From: Blepharisma stoltei ATCC 30299 | Taxonomy: Eukaryota > Protista > Ciliophora | Length of the DNA stretch: 64,000 nucleotides | Direction of reading: 5' to 3' | Assembly (NCBI GenBank): GCA_965603825.1 | Contig: CBFDEM010000012.1 | Span: forward strand, 496,001-560,000 | Program-made: the position numbers and the translations under genes | Shown here: positions 37,586 to 48,581 of the stretch, piece after piece | How the letters are laid out: each line of letters opens with the position of its first letter | Numbering within the stretch: position 1 is the stretch's first letter | The notes under the pieces: generated by a model | Databases searched by the model: none | Seen by the model: the letters and a program-made list of their open reading frames with translations, nothing else | Told to the model about the DNA's origin: nothing

Positions 37586-39052
37586 TTATGACTTGGTTTT
37601 GGTGGAGTTCTTCATGGATTGAGTCAACTTGGTGGAGTATGACTGCCGCTCGTCCATTTTCTGCTTGTGGGTTTCCTGGAAGTTTCTTTGGTTGTCGTGC
37701 TTATTGGTTTTATCTCTTCTGTCTTCTGCTAATAAAATTTCGTTTTCTTCGTGAGCTTCGGCAAGGCCTTTTTGGTATTCATTGATGACTTCAATTTTTT
37801 GCTTTGCCAATTCTTTAGCTGCTTTTGTTTTCAAATTAGTTTCAGTCAATTTGATCCTTTCTACTCTCTCTTGTTCTATAAGTGCGTTGGCTTGTCTTTC
37901 TCTGGCTTCTCTTTCAGCACCAGCTTCTTGCTCTTTCCACGCTTTTTCTTCAACTAAAGCTCTATTGGCATTCATGTATTGCCTTTTCAATTTAATTTCT
38001 TTAAGCTCTTTTTCCAGCTTTTTCTGTTCTTCTAGCCTTTTTTGTTTTTTCGCTGATATTTTTTCATAGACAGTTAGTAACCCTTTTTCCCTCATTTCTT
38101 GTTGCAGCTGTTTTTTCCTTTCTTCGTCTTCTTTCATCTTCTTTCTCCTTTCTTCATTTTGAGCAGCTTTTTGATTCCTATTCTCAGTGATTTTGCTAAT
38201 CTTTTCGTTTAATTCTACTGCTTTAGTTTCTTTGTACCTAATATTCTCTTCTTTTTTTCTATTTATTTCTTCTTCGACTTCTCTTTTCTTTTCTTCAAGT
38301 CTTTCTTTTAGCTGCGCTAAAGACATTTCTTCAAGCAGCCCATATCCCATGATTTCAGTTGGGTCAAATGCTTTATTCCTAGCAATCGGCTGATTTTGTA
38401 ATTCTCTGATCTGCCTGATAAGTTCATCTCTTTTAGCTTGCTCAATGATTTCCTCTTCTTTTCTTCTATTTATTGCTTCTTGAATTTCTTTTTGCAACTC
38501 TTCTTTAAGTTTTTTATTATTTTCTTTCACTTTATCTTTTTCTACTTGAATGTTCACCCTGCTTTCAACGACTTCTGTGACAAATTTTTTCTTTTCTTCT
38601 AACTCCTGTTCTTCTTTTATTATTTTTTCTTCTACCTGTGCTTTCGTCATTTCTTTCAGCTTTGCAGCAGTTAGTTGGTTTTCTTTATATTTCAGTCTAA
38701 TTGCTTCAATAGCTTCTTCTCTGGACATCTCCATTTCAATTTTCCTGACTTGTAACTGTTCGAGCTTCTCCAAATCATCTTTTTCTTTCATATCTGCCCT
38801 CCACCTTTCATATTCGCTTTTATCCCTCATTTCAATCATAAAAGCTTCAAGCCTCGCCTTTTCTACTTCTTCTTCCTTTTTAAGCCTGGCTTCTTCTCTC
38901 AATATTGCAGCTGCGTTTAACCGGATTTGGGCCGGTTTATCATCAAGTTTAGGCACTTTATGAGGCTTGATTTTCACCTTGGTTTCGTCTTTGTCACTTG
39001 GTAGAACAACTTTTTTGCGAAAAGTTTTCTTCTCAACTGGTGCTTCTGCCAT
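37586..39052 (-). CDS. CFAP99-like ciliary coiled-coil protein
   Basis: IRLNAAAILRE and FDPTEIMGYGLLEEMSLAQLKERL resemble CFAP99 blocks as I recall them. Confidence 0.7.
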   Translation of the reverse strand: MAEAPVEKKTFRKKVVLPSDKDETKVKIKPHKVPKLDDKPAQIRLNAAAILREEARLKKEEEVEKARLEAFMIEMRDKSEYERWRADMKEKDDLEKLEQLQVRKIEMEMSREEAIEAIRLKYKENQLTAAKLKEMTKAQVEEKIIKEEQELEEKKKFVTEVVESRVNIQVEKDKVKENNKKLKEELQKEIQEAINRRKEEEIIEQAKRDELIRQIRELQNQPIARNKAFDPTEIMGYGLLEEMSLAQLKERLEEKKREVEEEINRKKEENIRYKETKAVELNEKISKITENRNQKAAQNEERRKKMKEDEERKKQLQQEMREKGLLTVYEKISAKKQKRLEEQKKLEKELKEIKLKRQYMNANRALVEEKAWKEQEAGAEREARERQANALIEQERVERIKLTETNLKTKAAKELAKQKIEVINEYQKGLAEAHEENEILLAEDRRDKTNKHDNQRNFQETHKQKMDERQSYSTKLTQSMKNSTKTKS

Positions 39053-39083
39053 CTTCAAGGAAAATTAAATTAAAATAGATTTT

Positions 39084-41420
39084 CTAGATATTACTTCTAT
39101 CGTTATTTGGGCAGCCTTGAGCCAAAATGTGGTTTTTCCAGCCATCAATTCCTGGGTCTACATCTTCATGGCATAGTGGACATCTTGAAGCTACCTTCGG
39201 AGGTTTTGCAGCGTAGCATGACTGTTCTTCAGTGTGTTGTTCGATTTCGTCGGCATGAATCGCTTCTTTGCATCTCGGGCACTGAGACATTACGTTCTTA
39301 AGTTCACATTCTTTTAATAAATGGCTATTTAAATCGAAAATTTCGACTACTTGGTTGCAAAGCAAACATGATACCAGCATAGGACAGTCTTTCCAATAAT
39401 GAATATCTAAGTTATCTTCATTCGCAAATATAGCATCTTTTTTGCCACAAAATTGGCAAAACGGTAAAAAGTTGTTTACCTGAGCATTTGAATTTTTTCG
39501 TTTAGAAACTCCAATTGGTGCTTGTCGAGGAGGAGGCTGCGAGACAGTAACACTTGGCCCATTTCCTCCATCAATATCTTGCATACCTCTTTCCAGCATT
39601 TCTTGTTGGGCTGGCCTTAAATCTGCAAGATACGGCTGCAATTTTTGCCCAACACATGCATATATTGACATAAGCAAGTTATATGCTGAATTCCTTACAT
39701 CTTGACTAGTATTTTTAAACCCATTTAAAGCATACTCTGCAACAGGCTGGAAAGGAACATAAGAGTTGTCAATTTGAAACTCCTTTACCATATTGTCGAG
39801 CAAATTAAGCCTCCCTATGATATGTTTTTGAGAAGTTGATTTATCTTTCATAGGTTTAAGGATGCTTTGGACAGCTGCACCAGCTCCTACAATGTCACTT
39901 CTTGCAAGAGATATAAAAGTTTGTTCAGCAGTTTCTCTTACCCTTGCGTTATTATCCCCAACTTTATCAAGGAGTGAGCTTAAAATATTCTGTACATGTT
40001 CAGGGACATCACCTCTAGCAACTGCTCTTGAAGGGTTGATGCTGTTAAAAAGAGTATTTATAAGTCCCATGGCTTTTAATGATACTTGAGAAACTTTGTC
40101 TCCAATTGTGTACCTAACTGCACCTAGCACGCCAGAGTAAATGTTTGAATTATCAGTACCGCCGAAAATCTGGCTTGATGGCCCTCTAGAAACTTCATTT
40201 TGGATTTGGCCTAAGCCATCCTCTCTGAATTGCCAAGTTTTAGAAAAAATTCTTCTGCATAAGTCTTCACCTAGAATAGGAAGCAATGGATCTGCAAATT
40301 TCGCTTGCTGAACCCCTAATGGCTCAGGGGGATTATCAAGGTTAGGAGGCAAATTTTCTTCTTCTTCACCTCCAAAAATTTGTCCTGGAGCTCTGCCATT
40401 GCTGATTGTAGGAATTACTTGCTCATCATGAGAGACCTTTGACTTGGGTTCTGGCAAGAGCTGGTTATTTCTTCTTTCAAATTGATCATAATTTGGCATA
40501 TCACCAATCTGCTGTGGAGGAGGAAATTGAGAAGGCTGAGGCCTTGATGAAGGCCTGCCTCCTATGCCTAGCGGCTGAGGACCTCCTGAAAAAGGCCTAT
40601 GTGAGCTTTGTTGAACAGGTGCAAAATAAGTGTCAGGCATTGGAGGCAAAACTGCATTCCTCATTCTTTCAATCTCAATTTTCAATATTTTTGCGCTATC
40701 ATAATCTTCATTTGCAATGGCATTTCTTTTCCTATCTTCAAGCATTAAAAGCTCATAGCCCACCGATTTCAGCCTTTCAATAGCGTCTTTAATTCTTTTC
40801 GCTTCATCGAAATCTTCATTTTCAAGCGCTCTTTCTTTAGCTACCGACAATTGTTTAAGCCTTTCATTTGTAGCAGAATCAAACTCCATTTCATTTTCAA
40901 GCCTCGGCTGGATCCCTCCTCTAGCCGGTGCTTTCGCATTGCCAAGTTCTTCACCTAAGCAATTAATAGCAATCAGTCCAACTTGATTGAAAATGTTGTA
41001 CTTATTCACATGACACTTATTAAGAGAAACTTTCAAAAATAAAGCCTGGGCATCAATATAAACTGATTTCAGCTCTCGTGCCTGGAATCCTGATTTTTCA
41101 TTGTTATCTAATGACAGATAACCAAGCCGATTTCATTTGAAATTTTCTAATGGAGGAATTGAGCTTGGATTTTCAGGCAGGTATGTAAAGAGCTCAATTC
41201 TTGTAGCGATTTTTGACTGATGGGACAAGAACTGAAGCTGCTGGATTCTTATAGGAGCTATGAATTGCAAAATTATGATTTGAGGGAAATCTTGAAATCT
41301 TGCTGACTGCCAACCAGTACTGTGTGGGCCATGATTCAGTAATTGGGTCACTGGAAACTCGTTGTCTTCACTGCTACAAAATACTATACGAAACTTAAGC
41401 TTTGTAAGCTGGCTGCTCAT
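39084..41420 (-). CDS. CEP104: Centrosomal / ciliary-tip protein CEP104
   Basis: GWQSARF, FLSHQSKIATRIE, W(TGA 41133)NRLGYLSLDNNEKSGFQARELKSVY, TOG/HEAT region, C-terminal C2HC zinc fingers. Confidence 0.92.
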
Positions 41421-41500
41421 TTTATTTAAAAGATGAATTTTAAGTTATGTACGTACTCTTTTTGGAACTAAAAAAGACTATTATTGCTATATAACTGACT

Positions 41501-41947
41501 TTAATGAGGCAATTCCCCATTAAAAAAATTTGGATCCTCTTTTAAATAATCCTGAACGCTTTTGTCATAAGAATTAACAACATTCATATTTGCATTGTAA
41601 GTTTTGACTAATACCCGAAAACACTCTTGATTTCGCCCCTTTATTGAGTAAAAAATCGGGGTCATTCCCCTATCATCAAAACTTTCTACGTCTGCTCCGT
41701 ATTCCATTAATAATTTAATCATGCTGGCGTTGCCTTTTTCTGCTGCCAAATGCAATATAGTAGCACCATTGAATGCTGGCATTTTGTATTTTGTGGGAAA
41801 TCCTCTATCAAGAAATTGCTTGAGTTCTGAGATTGATCCAGAGCTAACAATTTTTAGAGAAGTAAACTGGTTATTAAATGCTGAGCTACGATTTCCAAGA
41901 TCATCTACATCATTTTCAATTTGACGGTCGTAAGAACAGCATCCCAT
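41501..41947 (-). CDS. Small ankyrin-repeat protein with MGCC N-terminus
   Basis: GATILHLAAEKG, GMTPIFYSI. Confidence 0.85.
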   Translation of the reverse strand: MGCCSYDRQIENDVDDLGNRSSAFNNQFTSLKIVSSGSISELKQFLDRGFPTKYKMPAFNGATILHLAAEKGNASMIKLLMEYGADVESFDDRGMTPIFYSIKGRNQECFRVLVKTYNANMNVVNSYDKSVQDYLKEDPNFFNGELPH

Positions 41948-42267
41948 TATAAATTTCTTAATAATTGATTCCGTAGGTATAAAAAATCCTTTATTTTACC
42001 ATCATGGATCTAAAAACGGCCATAATAAATTTAATAAACTAACAAATTTAAAAATGTTTGAGTTTTTTGACTAATTATAATTAAATTTTGAGAATTATTT
42101 TTATAGTTATATTTTGTTATGAATAATAAAAAGGGATCATTAGGACTGTTAGATAGGCATATGCTCTATTAAATGCCATAGATTTATGATTGATTAAAAT
42201 ATTATCTCATGAGAGCTAGTGTCCGTTTATGTGCAGAAATTTATTATAGAAATTCAAATAAAAAAGT

Positions 42268-43803
42268 TTAAACTAAGCTTTTTATGATGCACCAAACTTT
42301 GTATTCAAAAACTGTTTTTGTTTTTCCAAACGCAATGACATCATCGTTTTGAATCCAATAATGACTTGGAAGAATATTTTCCTTGGGAATTTGCTCCAAT
42401 ATATAATTTTCTTCCTGGCCATCTCTTTCATGATATTTTCCTACCCTGATTCAAACTCCATTAGAGCTTAAATCCTTCATCATCCACATGTTATTAAAAA
42501 ATGCAAACTGTATATGCTGGCCACTTACAGATTTTTCATCAACTGTGATCGTATTTTGCCGAGGGTTTCGCCCTATATAAAATTCTGGCAAGTCTTTACT
42601 GCATATTTTATGAGCGTGGCATTCAGTATTTCCGTGGGTAATTAAAACAATGTTGCAGCCTTCATTAAGTGAAGAGCTAGAATACGGATCTCTCGAAGGA
42701 TACTCTAAGTCTTTTATCACAATTTCTCAAGCAAATCCTAAACGTATAATTAAGCCTTTTTTTACTTCTCGAAATTCATCCTTTTTTATTTTTACATAAG
42801 TGCCTTGTTCTGAGAAATCTTGCAAAGCAAACCCCCTAGGTGAACAATAGATAGCCATCTGCAAAGGCTTTAAGCTTGTAGCATTTGGCAGAGTTATATC
42901 ATTTATGTAATTCTCATCAATTTCTTTTCCAAATAATACCAGTCGATCCCTACAATATCTATCAGATCCTTCTAAGCCTAAAGGGCCAATCTCGTAAGTC
43001 ATACCTTTTGGAAACTTTGGGTAAGCTGGCTGCGGGGATCCAGAGACCCTTAAGATTAAAATTTGGTTAAGTCTTTCTTGGCATTGGAGAAGCTGATAAT
43101 CAATTTTTAAATTATTCTGAAGATTCTTCAAAAGTTCAGCTCTACCTTTAAATGAATTAAATCTAGCCCTGCTGAGCCATATATGCTTATAAAATTCTTC
43201 TATTCTAGAAGTTTTAACTTCTTCTTCTCCCCTATTTACTTGGTGCTTTATTTCTCTTTCTAATATCCAGCTAACTGGGATTAATGCGTAATCCAGGTCT
43301 TTTGAGAAATTATTCCAGAAAATTCTTCAATTGATATTCTCGTGGTCAGGCCCAATTAGATAATTTGAATGAAATGCTGCCTTTGATTTGTAGATGCACT
43401 CATCAAGACTATACGTTCCCACGCTGAAGTAATTATAAGCTATCTGCGACGTATATTCTAAATATTCAGGGTATCCTATCAATAAAGTGGTCAATGCTAT
43501 ATTAATGTTCTTGAGAGCTTCTTTAATTTTTAATTTAATTTCATCACTTGTCCCTGGGTGTTTCATTTCATTAGCTCTATATTCAACCAAACACTGTCTG
43601 AATCCTTCAAACGAATTTAATAGCAATTGTAGAATTGATTCATCAATCCTCTTAATTTCAAGCCTATGAATAATTTCCTCGTAAAAATCTTTAATTTCTT
43701 GCTTCAAAGTTCCAAGATTTACCTGTAAAATCCCCAGCCCATCAAATTCATTCTTCAAACCAGCCAGAGCTCTGTCTTTCCTAGAACTTGGATCATCGAC
43801 CAT
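42268..43803 (-). CDS. Helical N-terminal domain plus tandem FHA domains
   Basis: One frame through TGA 43327, 42727, 42451; FHA2 IGR...SVSGQH...DLSSNGVW; FHA1 degenerate (FGK...SEQGTY). Confidence 0.8.
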
Positions 43804-43821
43804 TATAATTTTAATCAGAAA

Positions 43822-44823
43822 ATGGAAGAAATTGTATGCGATATTTGTTTCGAAGAGTTCAACGAAGCCGAACATACACCACTCCAGCTCCTATGTGGTC
43901 ACACATTTTGTAAAATCTGTATAAATGATATAAAATCAAGGCACCAGCATATTGAATGTCCTCATGATCGCCAAGCTGATAGAAGAGATCCCCATGATAT
44001 TTCAAAAAACTTTATTGTTCTTGACTTATTGAACCGTTTTTCAGACTATACGAAATCACAATCTTTGCCTAAACAAATGGTGCACCATACTCCATATGAT
44101 AGAAGCACTTTGGAGCAGAAAATTGAAGAGCTTTTATCTTGCTATCACCAGTATCAGCCAGGATTTTATGGAGATTCAGAAAACCAGCTAAAGCATGGGT
44201 ATGGGGTTTATATGTGGGAAAATGGAGTACTATATAGAGGAGAATTCAGAAGCAGCAGAAAAAACGGGTTTGGAGTTTTAATTAGTCAAGGATCGTTTAC
44301 TTATGCAGGACAGTTTGTTGATGATAAAAGAGAAGGATTTGGTCTGCAAAAATGACAAAGCGGAAATAGTTATATTGGGTATTGGTCGAATGATAAAATG
44401 AATGGGAAAGGAAAAATGTATTATTATGATGGGTCTTTATATGAAGGAGATTTTATAAATGGCTTAAAGCATGGACAAGGAATCTATGAGTGGCCTGATG
44501 GATCTAAATATAGAGGAGATTTTGTCAAAGACAAATATGAAGGGTATGGAGAGATGATCTATTCGAATGGAGACATATATGAAGGGAATTGGGAGGACGA
44601 TAAAAGAAGTGGAAGAGGAAAAATGAAACTGAAAGATGGACATATATATAATGGGTACTTTAAAGACGATAAAAAGCACGGCAAAGGCATGATTATCTAT
44701 AGAGATAAATCTAAATATAGAGGAATTTTCAAAGATAACAAAAAAGATGACAGAGGGGTGAGGACAACTCCTAAAGGAACCAGGCATGAGGAGTTATGAC
44801 GTGATGGAGTTAAATACTATTAA
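43822..44823 (+). CDS. RING finger + MORN-repeat protein
   Basis: CDIC...CGHTFC..C...CPHD RING; YEGDF..G.KHGQG repeats; TGA at 44353 and 44797. Confidence 0.9.
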
Positions 44824-44861
44824 TGCATTTTAATAAGTACTCTATATGATATTTAAATAGC

Positions 44862-45845
44862 ATGTCTGAAAATTTATCAAGCGTATGCGCAAGAGCAACA
44901 CTGAATAATATTGTCCTCGAAATTAGTCAAGGAAGTGTTTTAGATTTGGAAGTTGAAACAATTGTCAATGCTGCAAATGAGCAGCTTCAAAACTTTGGCG
45001 GACTTGCCCATCAAATAGTGGAAAGTGGAGGTGATATCATCCAAAATGAATGCGATCAAGCGATTTCTACCTTAGGGATTATTAAAACAGGACAAATTGT
45101 TGAAACTGGAGCAGGAAGTTTGAAATTTGTGAAAATATTGCACACTGTTGGGCCAAGGGTGGAAAATAAACAAGAAAATGAAAGACACAAGCAAGAATTG
45201 GTTTCAGCTATTTATGAATCAATTATTTACGCTAATAATTCCCAACTTAGATCAATAGGCATTCCTGCAATTTCCTGTGGAATATTTGGATATCCAGTTG
45301 ATAAGGCTGCAATAAGACATTTAGAGGCTTTTATTTTATATGCAGGAATGTTTGTTACAAGCAATCAACATATCTATATAAAAAAAATTGCTTTTAGCTT
45401 GTACACAGAAGGGGAGCTCTCTGCATTTTTAACTGCTTTATGGCAAAAGCTTGAGGTATTCGATACTGTTGAATATATTGGTTCAGCTAAAGATAGATCA
45501 TACAAGGCAAATGTCGGATTTTGCGAATTATGCAATCAATCAATAGAAAACAAAGAAGCGTTTATGAACATTACTGGACTATGCTGTGGCAAGATATGCA
45601 ACTTTTGCATTTTTCAGCACTGCCAAGCAACTTGTCCATGTGATCAGTTTCGGTTCCCAGATGATGTGATCGATAGCTTATATAAATATATTTTATGCCG
45701 AAAATGTTGCAGCTATAAGCCTAATTCAGAAATGGGCTGCAGTTGCAGACAAATTTGCACATCTTGTGTCTATGTCATGCCTGTTGATTTCAATGGTTCA
45801 AGGAAGTGCATCTGTGGAAATAAAATTAAAAGCGAATTATCATAA
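44862..45845 (+). CDS. Macro domain + tandem Cys-rich RING-like protein, paralog 1
   Basis: IVNAAN, HTVGP, IPAISCGIFGYP; two Cys clusters at the C-terminus. Confidence 0.88.
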   Translation: MSENLSSVCARATLNNIVLEISQGSVLDLEVETIVNAANEQLQNFGGLAHQIVESGGDIIQNECDQAISTLGIIKTGQIVETGAGSLKFVKILHTVGPRVENKQENERHKQELVSAIYESIIYANNSQLRSIGIPAISCGIFGYPVDKAAIRHLEAFILYAGMFVTSNQHIYIKKIAFSLYTEGELSAFLTALWQKLEVFDTVEYIGSAKDRSYKANVGFCELCNQSIENKEAFMNITGLCCGKICNFCIFQHCQATCPCDQFRFPDDVIDSLYKYILCRKCCSYKPNSEMGCSCRQICTSCVYVMPVDFNGSRKCICGNKIKSELS

Positions 45846-45935
45846 TTACTATTTAAAGAACTTAGCAACGAAGTTCCTAATTATTATAACTAAAAAATAA
45901 AATTCTATAATTTTTTATACTGCCAGGTCTTTAAA

Positions 45936-46913
45936 ATGAAGCACATAGAGCCTGTTTTATGCGCAGAAGGAATTATTAATGGCATTACACTAGAAATCAG
46001 ACAAGGGAGTATCTTGGATTTAGATGTTGATGCAATTGTAAATGCAGCAAATGACAAACTCGGAAATCTTGGAGGACTAGCAGGACAAATTATTAATTCT
46101 GCAGGGCCAGATGTTCAAAAAGAATGCGATGAATATATTAGGAATAACTATTTTGTCAAACCTGGAACAGTTGTAGAAACATCAGCAGGAAAATTAAATT
46201 TCAAGTCAATTTTTCACACAGTTGGACCGGTATTTGAGGGAGCAAAAGAAACAGAATACCAACGTGAAACTCTCTTCGAATCGATATTATTTCCAATTAT
46301 TGAAGCTAACAAATTAAGCTACAAGTCAATTGGAATCCCTGGAATCTCTTGTGGGATTTTTGGGTATCCAATAGAAAAGGCTGCTCTAAGGCACATTGAA
46401 GCTTTCATAGTCTTTGCAGGAAATTATCAATTTTATGTAGAGAAAATTAGCATAAAAAAAGTTGTTTTTAGCTTATATACTGATACAGAGTTAAACCTAT
46501 TTCTTGATGCTTTGATGACAAAATTTAAAGCATTTGAATATATAAAATATCTAGGATTAATAAAGGAGAGAGAACTTTTACCAAATCATGGGTATTGCGA
46601 AGTTTGCAATCACTTAATTCCAGATGCAGAGAATTATATGAATATCAGTCAATTATGCTGCAATAAGGTGTGCAATTTTTGTATTTTTCAGCACCAACTT
46701 TCCTCTTGCCCTAGAGATGGTTTTTTATTTCCTGAAGATGTAAGAGGAAGCTTTGGCAGCTATATTTTATGTAAAGATTGCAAAATTTATGTAAACATAG
46801 AATCAAGCGTGTGCTCATGCAGGCAACTGTGCTATAATTGCTTAGTCAACAACCATAGAATATTTCAAGATTGTGTGTGCATTTGTGGGCAAGTGATCCA
46901 ATTTTATAGTTAG
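45936..46913 (+). CDS. Macro domain + tandem Cys-rich RING-like protein, paralog 2
   Basis: Colinear with paralog 1 (AIVNAAN, HTVGP, ISCGIFGYP, CNFCIFQH). Confidence 0.88.
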   Translation: MKHIEPVLCAEGIINGITLEIRQGSILDLDVDAIVNAANDKLGNLGGLAGQIINSAGPDVQKECDEYIRNNYFVKPGTVVETSAGKLNFKSIFHTVGPVFEGAKETEYQRETLFESILFPIIEANKLSYKSIGIPGISCGIFGYPIEKAALRHIEAFIVFAGNYQFYVEKISIKKVVFSLYTDTELNLFLDALMTKFKAFEYIKYLGLIKERELLPNHGYCEVCNHLIPDAENYMNISQLCCNKVCNFCIFQHQLSSCPRDGFLFPEDVRGSFGSYILCKDCKIYVNIESSVCSCRQLCYNCLVNNHRIFQDCVCICGQVIQFYS

Positions 46914-46941
46914 TTATGTGTGAAAATAGTCATAAATTAAA

Positions 46942-47787
46942 TTATTGCTGCTTGCATTCTTGTTTTTCACTTCCAGATCCATCCACTTTCACAGGTTTCG
47001 GCTGATTTTCTTCGGCATCGCCTTCATCTGATTCTTCTCTGATATTCAAGTAAAAAAGCATTGCATTTGGGATTATCTCATCTCTAAACTCAGTTGCTAA
47101 GTCAAAATCCTGCTCAAACGCTTTCACAATCTCGTGCTCGTCTTCTTCATCCATGGCTTCCAAGTCTTGAGGTGCAGGCATCATTACATTTTTAAAAAAA
47201 TTGAAGAAGCTCGGTCTGCTCTCAATTCTTTCAGTTTTCGGTTCCTTGCCTTGCTTACCTTTTTTCTTGCTTTTTTTTACTTGTTGTGTAAGATTGTTTC
47301 CTCTCCATATAATTTCTGTCCCAATAGCTTTTTCCATAACATCTTCATTAGCCATGAAATAGTCTTTTTTTAGGATTTTGTTCTCAATTATAGGGTTATC
47401 AGCGAATTCGAACTCAATTGAAAAGTTTTCGGAGTTGGGGTCTTTTTTGTGCCTGATGTCGACTAAGAATTGAAGTAATGCTTCATCTTGCTCGTAGAGA
47501 AACTCGCAGCTTACTGTGTTGTTTTTTATAGATTTGAACCAAAACCCAGGGACTGAGCTAAGAAGTGCTCTACGCTGCTCGTAGAGTGGTTGATAGCTCT
47601 GCTCGTATTTTTCTTGAAGCTCTTTAAGCTCTTGCAAATAGTTAAGATATAAAGTGTTTCGTTGTCTTTGAATTTCTAAAAGAGGAATTGCAACTTGTTT
47701 TTTCTCTTCTGAGAGCTTGGCAATCATTTCTTCTGCTTTTTTCTCTTGAAGCCTAAGTTCATGGCAATTTAGATTGCCTTCTTCCAT
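46942..47787 (-). CDS. NAP1: Nucleosome assembly protein
   Basis: PLYEQRR, VPGFW, FSIEFEFADNP, GTEIIW, SFFNFF; ends CKQQ (CaaX). Confidence 0.9.
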   Translation of the reverse strand: MEEGNLNCHELRLQEKKAEEMIAKLSEEKKQVAIPLLEIQRQRNTLYLNYLQELKELQEKYEQSYQPLYEQRRALLSSVPGFWFKSIKNNTVSCEFLYEQDEALLQFLVDIRHKKDPNSENFSIEFEFADNPIIENKILKKDYFMANEDVMEKAIGTEIIWRGNNLTQQVKKSKKKGKQGKEPKTERIESRPSFFNFFKNVMMPAPQDLEAMDEEDEHEIVKAFEQDFDLATEFRDEIIPNAMLFYLNIREESDEGDAEENQPKPVKVDGSGSEKQECKQQ

Positions 47788-47945
47788 AATTAATAGAGCC
47801 TCATAATGGTGTATATCATAATTTAATTATTTATACATAAAATTTTGGTTAAAATTTTATTATTATTTCATAAAATAAATATTTTCAGATAAGCAATTCT
47901 TTGGTGATTCTCTTAATTTTTACCGTATATTAATTAACTTATATA

Positions 47946-48548
47946 ATGGCAGACGAAGATCAAGATGAAATAGACTTCTCTAAGATGAAAAAGAAGAAAA
48001 AGCCAAAGGCAGGCCCAACACCTGCAAAGAAAGAAATTAACCAAGCGCAAGATGCTGACAACAAATATGATGAAATGCTAACACGCATTTTTGAGAGGCT
48101 AAGAAAAACAAAAGGAGGTGGTGGGAGTACCGACAACCAGCGCTGTATTGTTAAACAGCCAGAAGTAGTCAGAATCGGCTCAAAAAAAACAGGCTGGGTG
48201 AATTTTCAAGATATTTGTGATATGCTTAAGCGTCCTTCAGACCATATGTCACGATTTTTCTTTGTGGAACTTGGCACTGATGGCAGCATAACCCAAGACC
48301 TGCAGCTCATATTTAAAGGTAGGTACCTTGAAAAACAAATTGAGTTTCTTTTGAAAAAGTACATTACTGAGTATGTGCTATGCCAGAATTGTAAGAGCAT
48401 GCAAACAATTCTTACCAGAGATTCCAGCATCAGAATGTTTACTATGAAGTGTGAAAAATGCGAATGCACTCGAAGCGTTCAACAGATCAAAGAAGGGTAC
48501 CACCATCAGACCAAAGCAGACAGGAAGAAAGCTAAAATGGCTAATTAA
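47946..48548 (+). CDS. EIF2S2: Translation initiation factor eIF2 beta
   Basis: Poly-K box, GSKKTGWVNF, ELGTDGS, YVLCQNCKS...CEKC. Confidence 0.92.
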   Translation: MADEDQDEIDFSKMKKKKKPKAGPTPAKKEINQAQDADNKYDEMLTRIFERLRKTKGGGGSTDNQRCIVKQPEVVRIGSKKTGWVNFQDICDMLKRPSDHMSRFFFVELGTDGSITQDLQLIFKGRYLEKQIEFLLKKYITEYVLCQNCKSMQTILTRDSSIRMFTMKCEKCECTRSVQQIKEGYHHQTKADRKKAKMAN

Positions 48549-48581
48549 TTTCAGATTTAAAAATATGTTATAAATATAAAT

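Noticed and set aside
37588-38963. Multiple + strand Ser/Phe/Leu-rich ORFs (similar ones throughout the window)
   Set aside because: Antisense shadows of E/K-rich coding sequence
39053-39094. GT-AG intron fusing CEP104 to the CFAP99-like gene
   Set aside because: It would be 42 nt, unlike the strict 15-nt class, and CEP104 already has a complete C-terminus
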